DNA of 47,472 bases, taken from contig CAXNAD020000016.1 of the NCBI GenBank assembly GCA_964200185.2, positions 1-47,472 on the forward strand, read 5' to 3'. Each line of letters begins with the position of its first letter. Position 1 is the first letter of the stretch. Both the position numbers and the translations under genes were made by a program. The notes under the pieces were generated by a model. It saw only the letters and a program-made list of their open reading frames with translations, searched no databases and was not told the DNA's origin. The stretch comes from Choristocarpus tenellus KU-1152. Lineage: Eukaryota; Protista; Phaeophyceae. This document shows positions 12,801-25,700 of this stretch, piece by piece.

Positions 12801-15800
12801 ATAAAGAGGACATTGAGGTTTCCAAGAAGGAAAATTTCATAGACACAAGATGGCAAGAGAAATGTAGAAGCAAATACGCAATCACAGCTGCTTGAGGCTG
12901 ATAACACCAAAGAGGGGTGGCGGTTGAGTTTAAGGACCCCAATGACATACTTGTTTTGAGGATAGTGGAGGGTGCTTTCGGGAACAATGTGTTCATGGTC
13001 AATCTTCTCTTGAACAGACATACCTCTGAAAGGGGAGATGAAAATGAGGCATGGGCATGGAGTATATTTTACATGTTTCAAAAACCTTGATACTCAAATG
13101 GGTCAAAATTGGTTGGTTTAACTCAACATGTAGTACAAGCCCCACCTGATACTGATGGCTGGGTCCGCCAAAGCATCTATGCAGAGATCAGCCAATTCGT
13201 CCAGGAAAGCCGTATCAGTGTTTAGGGCTGGTACACGACGCCACTTGCTGTGTGAACATGATTTGGGATACAAAGATATGCACAATACAGACCAGTACAT
13301 GGAGTAGTCAATCAAATAAAGCTACATTTAGATGTCATCAAAACTGCTGATAGCTTCCTGTTCAAGGTCTAACACTGGAATAGTTTCAAAGAAAATCAGC
13401 ATGCACATATTACAAAACTCTAACAATGCCAGTATCAAGCACAATCGTGTACTCTTAGTACTTGACTTGACCTCTATTGCACATTAAAGTAATTGAGTAT
13501 TGGAGTATGGAGTACCATTAACAGGTATGTGTGCATGAAAGTCAGTGTAACAATAATGAAAGAAGACCTTAGCCTAATCCTGTGTCCTGTACAACACGAA
13601 TAGTCTCAACTAAGGTATAACTAAGGTACAGCATAGCACAAACAATCCACTAATATGTTAGTGTGTTGGCAAGGTAGGTTATGTGTGTCTCTCACATGAT
13701 GCCATTTCCCTCGGCAAGCTCCCGGTACTCAATGTCAATCTCCTCCAAAGTCTCAATGTGTTCCGACACAAAGCTGATGGGAACCACCACCAAGTTCTTC
13801 ACTCCTGACTGCCCAAGTTCTACACCCCACACCACCATTACAGCAATAAGGAGAGATATCATGATAGTATTGGTTGATGCAGTACATTAGTATAAACCAA
13901 AGCAAAAGAAGCAGTAGGTAATTGATGTGGTATACTATTAAAAGAGCTATGCCCATCCACTCTTGTACCCCCTATGATAAGAACTAAGTATACTTCCAAG
14001 TGTGATATAATGAGAAAAACTCTGTTATCATGGGTAAAATAGCAACACTTGTAGCTCAATAAACTCACCAACCCACATGTCCTTTGAGTCTTGAATAAAT
14101 CGGCATAATCAGCTCAAGTAAAAACAGAGATGAAACAAATATTAAATATACCATTTCCAATAATGTGACTTGCTACTAATATTATTAACTATTGGTTCAA
14201 GCAACTTCGACCAACCTCTTCTTAAAATTGCAGGTCACCTCCAATGATGGCCCCTTGCTTACCCGAAACAAATTAGACTGACCATTTGTTGGCCCCAACA
14301 AAAATCAACACTTTGTAACACTGAACCTATCTAACTGTATAACACAAACTTGGCAGTATCACAAACACTAAGTGTCACACCTCACAGTCTCACACCATGT
14401 CAGGATATAGTGCTCCACATCGGTCTAAATGTCGTCTAATCAAATGCCTTCAATAGTTGACCACCACTCTGCCATATTGATGGAGGGGTATTATCAAATA
14501 CTAACAGTTCAAACGTAGTACATTCCAATGAGGACTCTACTCTGTGCTGAGTCACAGGTTGTAAAATAAGTTACTGTCAATAGTAGTAAATTTTTCAGCA
14601 CTGCACAAATGTAAAAGGATCTTTTTTCCTCCCACTCACACTGCGATCTCATTTAAGAGTCAAATTTATGTTTGCATTTGTTCCTACTTGTTCATCAAGG
14701 ACTCCCCTACAGACACACTTCAACTCCTGTACTGCATGTAACCTAACCAGCCTGCCAGACACATTGGTCAGTTGAAAAATAATAAATAATATCATAAGTA
14801 TTGCAATACAACAAAACTAATCGTACACACACGCCTTCTACTTAACCCTATCAAACCACAAAAAACCAAAGTCAAGAATCACACCTTTTCCAAGAAAAAG
14901 ACACTAAGACTACTTTGCAAGCTTGAAATGAACTAACCTGGTATCCTGTCCTCTGTGTAAGGTCTAAGCCACTCAATTGGTCCCACTCGACTCTGGTAGC
15001 TAAGGTGTGTTGTCACCCCAGGCCCAGCATATTCCTCCTCAATGAGGGCAACACACTCCTGCACATGTCGCTGGTAAGGATCTCCAGCATCAATGTAGCT
15101 CTGTGGTTGTATGTACACATAGGTAAAGTCCCAAAGGTTCACAATGACTTGTTGAATGACTTGTTGAATAACCCTAACCCTAACTTGTTGAATGACTTGT
15201 TGAAGAGGGATAATGGTGCTGTTAGTCGTGTTCATACCTACATGAGGAACAGCTCTATTGGGGTCTCTCTCAGCTAGCATTATCAGTAATTATCAAGATC
15301 AACCTTTGCTTTTTTTGCCCTGGTCAGTAATTGCTAGTACCACAATATCAGAAGGTGGTCAAAGTCTTTGTTGTGAAGTCCCATTGCATCATCAAGGACT
15401 ACATATATCAAAAGCTATATACCTCCTGGGGTTCTCATTGATGCCACATCTTGCAGCAATGTCTGAACTATCAATCATCATTACATAAAAATAAAACAAA
15501 AGTAGGTGACAACATATATTTCAAAATTACACAGCACATCATGCATACCTTGGGCACCCCGTGAGCACTGAAGAGTACATGAATGCCTTCATTGTCCCTT
15601 TCCTCCTTGGTGTACTGAGCAAGCTCCCCTCGAATGAGATCACCAACTGCCTTGACATACCCCCTCCTGTTGTACCTACAAAAACAAAGACCAAAAAACA
15701 TTTAAAAACATTGACAAACATTGAAACTGCTTAAAGTGCTACCATACTATATTTACCTATCCTAACAAGACACTACTATCAACAAATACTGGACAACACA

Positions 15801-18800
15801 TGACTTCAAGGGTGTAATCTCATTGTGCACAGACAACACCCAAGCCTTCAATGTGAGCATGGAACACACTTCATGTCCACCACAGTGTTGTAATTCAAAA
15901 TGTTAATACTTTTTAAACACTAAACAATATTACCTACTAAGCACGAGCAGTTGTGGAAGAGGCATGGCTGTAGATAGGACATCCACAAGAAGCAACACAG
16001 TGTAGGCACCGTGACAGATAGGCATACCACCAAATAAACAAATCTACAAACTGAATATTTTTTTGTCCAAGATCCCATACGGTTGGGTATGTTAGCATTA
16101 TAGTCTTTAGACCAAGTTGCATTACACCCCCCCCAACCATCTTCAACCCATACAAACTTAACCTACTTCAATTACAGTATGAACCAACTCTGCAATCCCT
16201 CACTGTCTCAAAGGTCATCTACCTAGCCTTGACCCCACAAGTCCTGACAAAAACAATAATAAATTACAATACTCCAAACACGAAGAAGAAACAAGGCACA
16301 ACAGCAACACACTTACCATGCCGGCACCACAGTGTGTCTTATTTTTTCTGGAGCCCACTTCTTGACATCCTTGAGCAATGCCTCACGCAGCACCCTTAGA
16401 GATGAACCTGACAATTAGTTATTGGTTGGAAAACACACACCTGACAATTAGTTATTGGTTGGAAAACACACAAACCTGACAATTAATTATTAGTTGGAAA
16501 ACACACAAACACAAAACTTAAATTGGTTTTAACATCATACTACTATCTCCATAACAGTGTGCAACAGTGTGATGAGATGTATGTATTCAGGAGAGTGGGA
16601 TTGTACAACTGCAAGGAAATGACATGAACAGGAACGGCAATAGTATCATGCAATCAATGACAACTGAGGGTACAGGGAGGATATCCACAACAATTGAAAG
16701 AGAAAAACTTCCACAAAATTAATATCATGTGTAGACCAAACTGTTAGTTACTAGAGTATGAACTACCAGGAAGAGTAGTAGTAAAGAAAAGGGAAAGACC
16801 TCTGGTGTTTTAGACTTCATATTTTCCAGTATAAATGCCGTACAGCACAGTACAGGTTAAGGTACAACGAACACCAACACCCTGCTCTGCAACAACAATT
16901 GGTTCCTTTTCCTCTAGACTCTTGGGGACACTCTCCAGCTCAACCAAATCCCTGCCCTAACTTGTCAAGGTTAAAGTTTCAACCCCCAAAAGCTGAATGT
17001 CACCTTCTTGCCAGTCATTCCTCCCCTCCCCCCCCCACAGTCATTTACCTCGCCGCCAGTCACTGCAACTCCAGTAGAGGGGATTAATAGACCAACATAA
17101 CACCACTAGCCAAGGGCAAACAGTTTTCCTCTAAGAAAAGGACTCAAAACCAACAGCCCTGGAGGTGGGGCCTCTTCCACATCAACAGCAACAGGTTACT
17201 AGACATGATGGGGATATACTTCACTCAGCTGGAACAAGTGGAGTCAATAACAATGAACTCATCCAATAAATTGCACATTTTGCTGCCAAGGTCTCCATCA
17301 CTATGCAGTAGGGTCTCCCAATTCACACTCAAACCACCGCCATGGTGTCTCTGCATCATACTCACAAAATACCTAAAGCACAGGAAGAAGTTGGGTAGCA
17401 CATGCTAGATAACAAGAGAGTAATACAAACTTACAACCATGATCATTGCAACATGTTCACCCTAAATAAAGCCTCTAGCTTTAGTATGGTGTTGCCTCAA
17501 GACAAATCTTGACGTTGCAACATTGTGATTTGTTGCTGAGATGTGAAAGGGGCTGTCATGTAGAAGTTTGACAGCTTTGTTGAAATACGCTTTCACTTGC
17601 TCTGATGAAAGTTCATTAACATAATTTTCAACCATCCTGACATGAACAAAATATCAGTAACCTTGTTGGCAGAAGCAATCACAAGTCCAGTGTGTTTCAG
17701 ACCACTACATAGTTCAGTCTCATGATGCACTGCACCCCCCCAAACACCTGCATCAAAATATCCAAACATCAAAATGCTGCATAATCATAAAGGAAAATAA
17801 CCCCCCAAAAGTTAACATCTAGTCTGCATCTTTCATCTACTACCTACCACTTGTTGATATGCTGAATTGTGGGTAGAGGGGCAGCACCACAAGAGCATTG
17901 ACACCGTCATGGTCCATTTCCTCCAGGGCTTGGTCAGTGAATGGGTGCCAATATCGCATTGCCACATAGGCCTTGGCATCCTTTAACAGAAGGCAAGTCA
18001 AAACAAACAGGCTTCAGAAAAAACCGCACTGAAGTCATCTCGTGAGATATGCTACATAATGTAGACTATGTAAGGATAAGAGAGAGTATATTTTCTATGC
18101 AAAGTAGAAACATAGTCTATATACAAGCATCCATTGCAATAAATGATACTACTTGTGTTGAGCGTGAGCAGTGCCTTTGATTGCATTATATTGTCTCTTC
18201 TGAGTTGCAGACTATCACACATCACACTAGAGTGAAGTAGGAAAGGATAGCACAAGGCCATTGATAAATACAGAGAAGCATCTCTCAACAGGCTCATAAC
18301 AGCCCTATTGATGGCCTTCTTGAAGCATTCGTATCTACGTAAGCTCTAGGGGTCTCCCCTAATCCTTGGTAACTAACAATATGAAACAACAAAGAGTACC
18401 CTTTGAGGTCTTAGTGTAACATTCACCAGGTAAAAGTAATACACGTGGATGAGCAACTCACTGTGTATGCTGGGTCACAGGATATCAAAAATATTTTTTT
18501 ATCAACCCATACTACAAATAAAAATAGTAACTAGAAGGTGTCCAAGAAAATAAATAGGGATCCTCTCCCATCCAAAAGGTCTTTCTGTTGAGTGTAATAG
18601 CTCTTTCACTGAATCATTTGTTGGATTGTACACTCTTGCAGACACTTACAACATTTTATCATTCGTATATCAAGGCTTTTATAATCACTCCAAAAGCTGT
18701 ACTACAGCATCCACATGTATGTATTAGAACACCGGTCTTCCAGAAGCATTTGTCAATACACAACCATACACTCTTCAATACAAAGGAACATGCGCACCGG

Positions 18801-21800
18801 GATCATCACTGCATAGAACAAAAAATCATCACTTGGGAAGTGTTTTGTGGTAATTGGCATCAAATAGGCAAATGGCTGGCATATCGCACAGCAACCTCTC
18901 AATGTTACTTTCCTTGACATGATAATAGTGTTTTGCATTGCTCACAAATTTTTGACCAAACAGTTAGCCACTCTTAGCCTTACATCCACTAGTTATCCAC
19001 TAGTTATCCACTCCACTCCCCATCAACTCCCGGTACACCATATTGATACCACTCCCACACCAACTCTACACCACCACCTTGTTACCATCCCAATTACGCA
19101 GCCAGTTTGTGTCCGTCCAATCACCAATCACTAACCACTGTGGTTGCTTTCCGCATGCCCACATCTACATCAACGTGGCAAATTTATGTGTATCAGTTCC
19201 ACACCAATCCTCCCAAAATGTACCACCTCCACCAAGGACACTCCCACCATTTGTTAAAAAAATTCCACAATCATCCATTCCCATACCATGTCTTTGAACT
19301 AGAAGACATCTACCCAGTCCGAGCTTTACGTCCCTTCCCTCCAAGCATCCGACTCAGTCACAAGCAATTGAGAGTGTGGATGGGTGGGAAATATTGCTCA
19401 GAGATTGCCTTGAGCCAGTCTCCCCTAGTCCTTCTTCCTCAAAACCTTTGGCTTTCACCTTTTCTTCTGCCCTTCCTCAGCCTCTGCCCCCCCAGCACTA
19501 CTCATTTCTGTTATCTTCTCACTCTCAAGTCTGCTTTCAAGTCATCCACTCTTTAACCTTTTGTCCACCCTCCCTGCTTTCTTTTTCTTTGTAAGAACAT
19601 CAGTCCATTTACTTATCTACCACAGTGAATTCTCAAGCTCACAAAACTCAGGTTACTTTATATACTGCACCTTTTTAAAATTTTAAGATTACAATTTCAA
19701 GAACAAACTAGATTTTGGGAATCTATTCCGTTAAACATAAATATAATATTCAAGAGTATTAGTTCTACATTTTTGACCTTTTTAGCACAACTGCAGTCTG
19801 TTCAGCTACAGACCTGCCTGAAGGCACCCATCACACTCTGCCCTGAGTTGGAAATATTTGACTGAAATAGTGAATTGGGCAAATAATGATAGTTACATGA
19901 CTCTTAGAGAGTCAACAATATTATTGACAGGTTTAAGTGTTGCTGAGTACTATATATTATTGATATACTGTACCTAGACCTATTTCTCTACAATTTTTTC
20001 TGGTACAAGGTTCTATCCATGTTAGTTAAGGTGAAGGATAATTATTATTACTAAGCACAAGTTTCACTCTCAGTCATAGCAAAATAATCACAACATGCAT
20101 CAACATGCATCAACGTTTATCAACATCCATCAATGTTCATCAACATGCATCAACGTTTATCAACATTCATCAATATTCATCAACGTTCATCATCATGCAT
20201 CAACATTCATCAACATCCATCAACGTTCATCATCATGCATCAACGTTCATACACCCACACCATAGGCTGCTTAGGATAGAATCAGGCAGGGATGAAAGCA
20301 CAAAGAATTGCAACCAGCACTATCAAGTGTAAGATGTCTGCACCATTCCTAAGGAGATACTGCAATTTGTCAATAGAGAGCGAGTCAATTGACCATCTAA
20401 TTTCATTGCAAAATACAAATAAAAATGTAGTATGAAGGCATACCTTGAAGCCTCGTTGCTGTAGGCGCTTTGATATTCCATCAGCCTGGGCACGTGTATA
20501 TCTGCACAGGGTAAAAACAGAGTGAACGGAAGGAAAGCGGTGATTGGTACCAACAGCAGTAGGATGGGCACCTACAATGCGACATCAACTGGAAAAAAAT
20601 CTCTTCCATTTCACTTGTGTCTTGTTTAGTCTAGCCCTAAACCTACCCATTGACATTTGTCCCATAAATACCAGTAACACCACAGCACGCAATTCAGAGA
20701 GCTAGCTTTGATTGGCTGATTATCGCAAGCAAGGTGCATTTGTGTTCATTTCAGATATGAGTTGCTGATACAGAACATCAGCACCCTGATATACAAAGTA
20801 GTGAAAGAGTCACCACGAGTGGAGCACTAAAAACTCTTAAAAGAGTGTAGAAGCTGAAAGGACCAGCATGACAGAAGACAGTATAGTATAAGACTTAGTA
20901 GTATAGTTTGTCAAAATAGAACGATTGGGTGTGCACTTGGGCAGGTTAGTGGTCTCATTCCTCCGCGTAGGGTGGCAATGTGATTGGTATGTAATGTGCA
21001 AGTTCAAGGAGTTATATACTTGTGGCAGTTTTACTGTGTCAACATTGTTGGAAATATGACAGAATTGGCAACAATTGTGAACAAGGTTAGGCCATTCTAT
21101 ACTGGCATAGCGAATCACAATATCGTCGAGAAAATTGGGAGAGTAAATAGGTAGAAGGCCTTGGATACGGGGCTGGAAGATACAGCATAAATAACTGTCA
21201 GAACATGAGGGTGAAGAGTTACTGCTTCTATCACTCTGCAATGAAGGACACTGCACAATATCACCTTTGTCACACCACATGTATGCTCAGAAGTATACCT
21301 ACATCAATCGACCCAGAACAACACTAGTTTCTGGAGTGAAGATACCGGTTGTGAACTAGGACAAAGATCTGACATATTGCCAACATAGTCAGAGCGAGAT
21401 CAAATCATGCCAACCAAAGGCTATATTTCTTGTCCATTACGTATCTACTCACTTGACAATTGGTGACCCACCACCAATGGCCTCATAGGCCGCTTTGCTC
21501 TTTGGAGCTCTTCGGGCTGATATAATTGACGCCAAGGGCTTTTGAAGAAACGAAACAAGTGGTGGCAACCTAGCATCATGAAGAGTATGCCATCAAAGGG
21601 TTTAAGTGCATTAGGTCAGGATGACGAGAGAACATCCTCGTTAAAAAATATACCCTTAAGGCCAAATGAACTTGAAGGAGGTAGGATGGGGAAACCATAA
21701 TGAACGTAAATTTTGAATGAGCTTCCCGGAAGGTTTTTGGCAGCACACTGCGAGTGGGATACGCATAGCGGGTAAAAGGAACAAATATAGAAATGAAGTG

Positions 21801-22563
21801 CCAGTGGCCAAGTTTCGCATGTCGAATATGTACCCACCTGATGATGTCGGGATCAGCGAACAAGTTATACAAAAACCCCTCAACATCCTCCGCCACTGTA
21901 GGTCCCCCAAGGTTCAAGAGAAGGACTCCCACCTTGATTTGTGGAGTCTGGAATGACATGCAATCGGTGTGGGATTTTTCAAGTCGAGTCTGAACAGTAG
22001 TCAACTGCAGAGAGAGAGAGAGAGAGAGAGAGAGCATCGTCCTATGCGAAGTAGCTATGAAGTTCTCGACAAGTAATGTGTGGTAAGAACGACATACCTT
22101 GAACAGAGTTTGGTGAGGGACGAGAAGAGTGGATCACACGAAAATCGAAAAATACTTGGAAGGTACTCCCATCACATGATGACCTATCAACCTCACCTCA
22201 GTAGGCATGGACACATCACTAGCAAGGGTTGTTGTCATGACAGGGCACCGCCTTTGCCGATGAGGAACCCATTGCACATTCGTCCTGCTTACACTAGACG
22301 TACGCAACGTAGGCTTTTCACTCCAAAGGTGCAAAAAAGGTTCAACTTTGAACGCGAAAGTGCCATGGGCCAGGACAACCAGCAGCTAACGGGTTGGGTA
22401 AAAAGTGCGAACAAGGACGGAGTTTGCAGCACCCTGTTAGCATGTTTAAAGCCATTATCCAGAGATCTGTAGCTCATCAATCCAAGAAAGATATGCTGCA
22501 GAACTACCACCTCTTTTCCATCAAGTGTTCATAGCCCACCTGTCCGAGTCGCTTGGCAACCAT
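9864..22563 (-). CDS. hemH: Plastid-targeted ferrochelatase (cyanobacterial/plant FC2-type protoheme ferro-lyase), 13 exons, ~486 aa
   Basis: Exons in transcription order: 22563-22540, 22385-22197, 22004-21838, 21569-21453, 20501-20444, 17980-17848, 16407-16317, 15675-15549, 15100-14938, 13819-13696, 13247-13146, 12559-12508, 9977-9864. All introns are GT-AG, all phases match, total 1461 nt. The spliced protein has ferrochelatase motifs [104 protein letters not shown] and WRRVPALNT. The N-terminus [23 protein letters not shown] reads as a signal peptide with an AF cleavage motif, followed by an S/T/R-rich transit peptide. The exon 3 acceptor and terminal exons are slightly less certain than the core. 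Confidence 0.95.
10560..11520 (-). mobile_element. Decayed, internally deleted DNA-transposon ORF (IS630/Tc1-like?) in the last hemH intron
   Basis: Broken frames: HTH-like [68 protein letters not shown] and an acidic tail. No DDE triad or TIRs identified. Confidence 0.35.
15147..15204 (+). repeat. Telomeric-repeat insertion flanked by a 22-bp direct duplication
   Basis: acttgttgaatgacttgttgaa | taaccctaacccta | acttgttgaatgacttgttgaa. Confidence 0.85.
16407..16510 (-). repeat. Three tandem 33-35-bp copies of the hemH exon 7 3' splice site
   Basis: Unit ctgacaattagttattggttggaaaacacaca(c/aac) starts at 16408, 16441 and 16476; on the minus strand each ends ..taattgtcag. Confidence 0.9.
17200..17710 (-). 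mobile_element. Possible decayed Cys-cluster transposase relic (SWIM/CxC-KDZ-like) in hemH intron 6
   Basis: Broken minus frames: [42 protein letters not shown], and [26 protein letters not shown]. Motif resemblance only. Confidence 0.25.
18600..19600 (-). mobile_element. Heavily mutated coding-like insert (likely TE relic) in hemH intron 5
   Basis: Strong strand purine/pyrimidine skew, fragmentary Trp/Cys/stop-rich frames typical of C-to-T decay; family not recognisable. Confidence 0.25.
20091..20250 (+). repeat. 10-bp minisatellite (CAACRTNCAT) x16
   Basis: caacatgcat caacatgcat caacgtttat caacatccat caatgttcat ... caacgttcat, read directly. Confidence 0.95.
22009..22034 (+). repeat. (AG)n microsatellite forming the polypyrimidine tract of the hemH exon 3 acceptor
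   Basis: (CT)13 followed by GCAG| on the minus strand, directly before 22004. Confidence 0.9.
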
Positions 22564-22746
22564 TCCAGCAAGGTATATTTATAGATCATGTAGAGAGGGT
22601 AATGGGGGCGTGAGGATAATATCCCTAACCCTGAAACCTACTATCTTTTTTTGTAATATATATTTGATTTTGTTGACAACAAAAAACTGAAAATGTTGAA
22701 AATGGTGTAAGCCACATCGGGAAACGAGGACGTTGAGGTCGTAGAG
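22564..22746. promoter_or_regulatory. Putative bidirectional promoter between hemH and the coiled-coil gene
   Basis: About 180 bp between divergent predicted ATGs (22563 minus, 22747 plus). AT-rich core, a telo-box-like CCCTAACCCT at ~22623, and surrounding sequence visibly richer in CpG than the gene bodies. Confidence 0.55.
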
Positions 22747-25700
22747 ATGGATGTGGGTAGTAGGGAGAGGGGTAAATCCCCACCTCCTGCGAAGCTCTGG
22801 AATACATTCCGCGATGGGAATGGGACAACGGCACCGCCTGTTAGCTCTAGGCGTCTATCCAAGGTGATCCTTAACATTCGGGGTGACAGAACGTTTTGAT
22901 ACCTCTGATGCACTCGTTTGAACCTCACCTCTTCAGGAAACAATCAATCTAAGCTAGCCCTATCGACATGGAAGGCTTTCATCAGCACCCTCCACGTGTC
23001 TGGTAGCCTGTCTTTGACGTCCTCGCTTTTCGTCCGCAAATGCCTGACCTCGCTCGAACTTCGTCGGTGGAACCAACCAACTTCAGGCAATTGGTCAAGG
23101 TGGACCTAATGGAGATGAACAGGAAGGGCGACAGGTGAACAAGATTAGAAATGAAGAAGTAGCCATCGAGTAATTTATTGAAACACGGGCTGCCCCCCGA
23201 TATTTGCTTGATCTTGGATCGAACCGAGGATTATCATTTGTATGGGTAGTGAGGAACTCATGACATCCACTTTATTCTTGAGCGGGGTGGGATTGCCCCT
23301 TTGTCTGCGTATCCAAACCAGAGTTGTGTTCTTCACATCTTTCAACGAGCGGACCTTCGTTTAGTTGTTTGAACTGTTGGTTGCAAAAGCTTGAAGGAGG
23401 TTCTTTTTTGTTGGGAGGGTGCCGAGGAAGCTAAAAAGATGGAAAAAATAGGGTGCTCTCACTGTTGGGGATTGATGGCCTAACCACTAGCGTTCATGAT
23501 AAGGCTAGAAAGTTGTCGCTTTAAATCTATTGCCTGCCTTCATGACCCAATTCTCCCCGTTACTATACCTGCGGATGTGAACCGTTGCGTTCTACAGCTC
23601 ATCAACTTGTGGGGAAATACTATTCTCATTATAACAAGCCTTGATTATCGTTATGTACGAAATATAGATGTTGCTCGTCTGTGTGCAATCTAACTCTCTT
23701 TGTCGGTCCATGGCAAGGCTCATGAGTCAACAAAGTGTCCAGAATCGTTTGTTGTAGAAGTGTTCGTCCAACAACCCCGTCGGCAAACCGGCAAATATTT
23801 TTTAAATGGCTTCCAAGTGAAGTGTATAGTCTCAGGTACAAACGAAGGGGTGATATTATCAGACTTTCGATACATTCAAAACGGTTGTGTAAATCGCACC
23901 CTCTTACGCTCTTTCTTAAGTTGAAACTTACCAACTTTTGTCAGGGTATCAATGAGGAGCTGGTGGAAGAGCTTGTCCAGACCAAGGGACACTTGGCGGA
24001 AAAAGACTACCATCTGAAACAGCATGCAAAGAAGGCAAGTACCCTCATGTGCTTACTGCAACCTTGAGAGGATGGAAACCCGCTGTTATTCAGTGGATCG
24101 CATGAGTACAATGTCTTGCCTTCAACTGCAGATACAAGCTATGGTCACAGGAGGGTGAAGTACAGTATGTCAAATATTGATTACACTAATAAGTTTGTGC
24201 TTCTTGATTGTTGGATTTGAATTACTTGTATTTTAATGGTTAGGTGTGGTGATACCATGAAGCTGTAATAATAGCATGTTTTGTGTAACTGTTACGACTC
24301 TTAGGACCTATGTTTGATTGTGTTTTCGCGTTTTGAACTTCGTTTCACAAGTTCTGCCTTACAGGTGTAGGGTGCATACTGTAGCATTGATTTATTGGAA
24401 AGATTCTTGTGCACTGCACTAAAAATTGTGCCGAGGGCAATCACATCGATACCTTTTCTCCCTTCAGCCAAATATTCTCCAAAGTATTAGTCTTACATTG
24501 TTCTCATTTTCTATTCCTGAAACGTTGACTGGCTACAGAAGAGGTACCTGCAATGCTTGACAAAAGGTACACTGCGCATACAGCTTTATAGAAGAAAATG
24601 GTGTTGTGTGCCCTGTAGATGGCAAGAGTATTTTGAAAATGGTAATGATGGATCAAGAACCAAAACAGTGAGTCTGAACTTGATTGTACAGCCCACTCTA
24701 CAGTTTCCGGGTGGGGTTGTGTTCAGTAGTCCCACCTCTCAGTCCCGCCTCTCGATATGCATCCTTCCCTATTTTGTTTTTGTTATCATACTGTCAATGG
24801 TGTCAATCCCAGGTGAAGATCCTCCAGGATTCTGTGAACGAGCTGAAAGAGAAGGGTAGTGCACTGGAGGAGGGGAAAGTACACTTGGAGGATGAGAATG
24901 GATGCTTGACCTCTCTGGTAGGAGAGCTCAGGAATCAGATGGAGATGTACAAACAGGTTAGCCTCCCAATATCTTTTTTTTTTGCTACGGTGGTGAGGAA
25001 ATTTCATTGGTTATTTTCATTGGTTATTTTCCAGTATAATAGATTACGGGGTAGGATCATGTTGTGTTTTGAGAAGTTACTCACTGACCTGTGTCTCGCA
25101 GCAGTATCCCTGTTAGCTTTTTCACCTTGTTTGAAATTGGCAGAAGAGGTTTGTAGTGTGTACAGGGGAAAAACACCATCAAAGGTGGTAGTAGTGTATG
25201 GTCAATGGAAACAAGTGTTTCATGAATGGCAGTTGTGCCAAAGAAACTGTGTAGAAGAAGGGTGAATGCCCATGCACTACTGGCTCTTTAATGTTTACTT
25301 TTTTTGTTATCTTGTCATCTTTTTTTTTTGTCTTGTTTATTTCAGGGATGTGTGATGAGTGATGCTAGGATGGATGGACTGGAGTTGAGTCTGAGTTTCC
25401 TTTTTCCCTTGTGACCTTCATGGTGCTGGTGGTATTGATGACGATCTGACCTTGATATTAGGTGCTATCGAGTAGGGTCTTGGTCTTGTCTGCCCCTCTT
25501 GGCTACAGTGAGTTTTCCTCTTTCATTTCTGTTATTTTTTGTTCATTTGTAATTATGTATTTGAAGTTTTCCTGCTGTTCCTCTGGCTACATGTTGTCCT
25601 CGGGCATGAGACCCCTCCAACCACTGCGAAGAAGTAATATAATAGATTATCAAAGAGCTCTACTAGAAAAAAGTAATGCTGATATTCTGTTGCCAAAATC

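Noticed and set aside
16407-16510. CRISPR-like 33-35-bp repeats
   Set aside because: Units are directly adjacent with no unique spacers, in a eukaryotic intron with no cas genes.
20105-20332. His/Gln-rich ORF
   Set aside because: Translation of the 10-bp minisatellite in a hemH intron.
22098-22155. Extra hemH exon ending at the strong donor AAG|GTATGT (22097)
   Set aside because: The needed phase-0 frame has a TGA and no AG acceptor after it; exon 2 joins exon 3 in frame without it.
22575-22583. TATAAATA on the minus strand as hemH TATA box
   Set aside because: Only about 12 nt from the ATG, too close to place a transcription start upstream of it.
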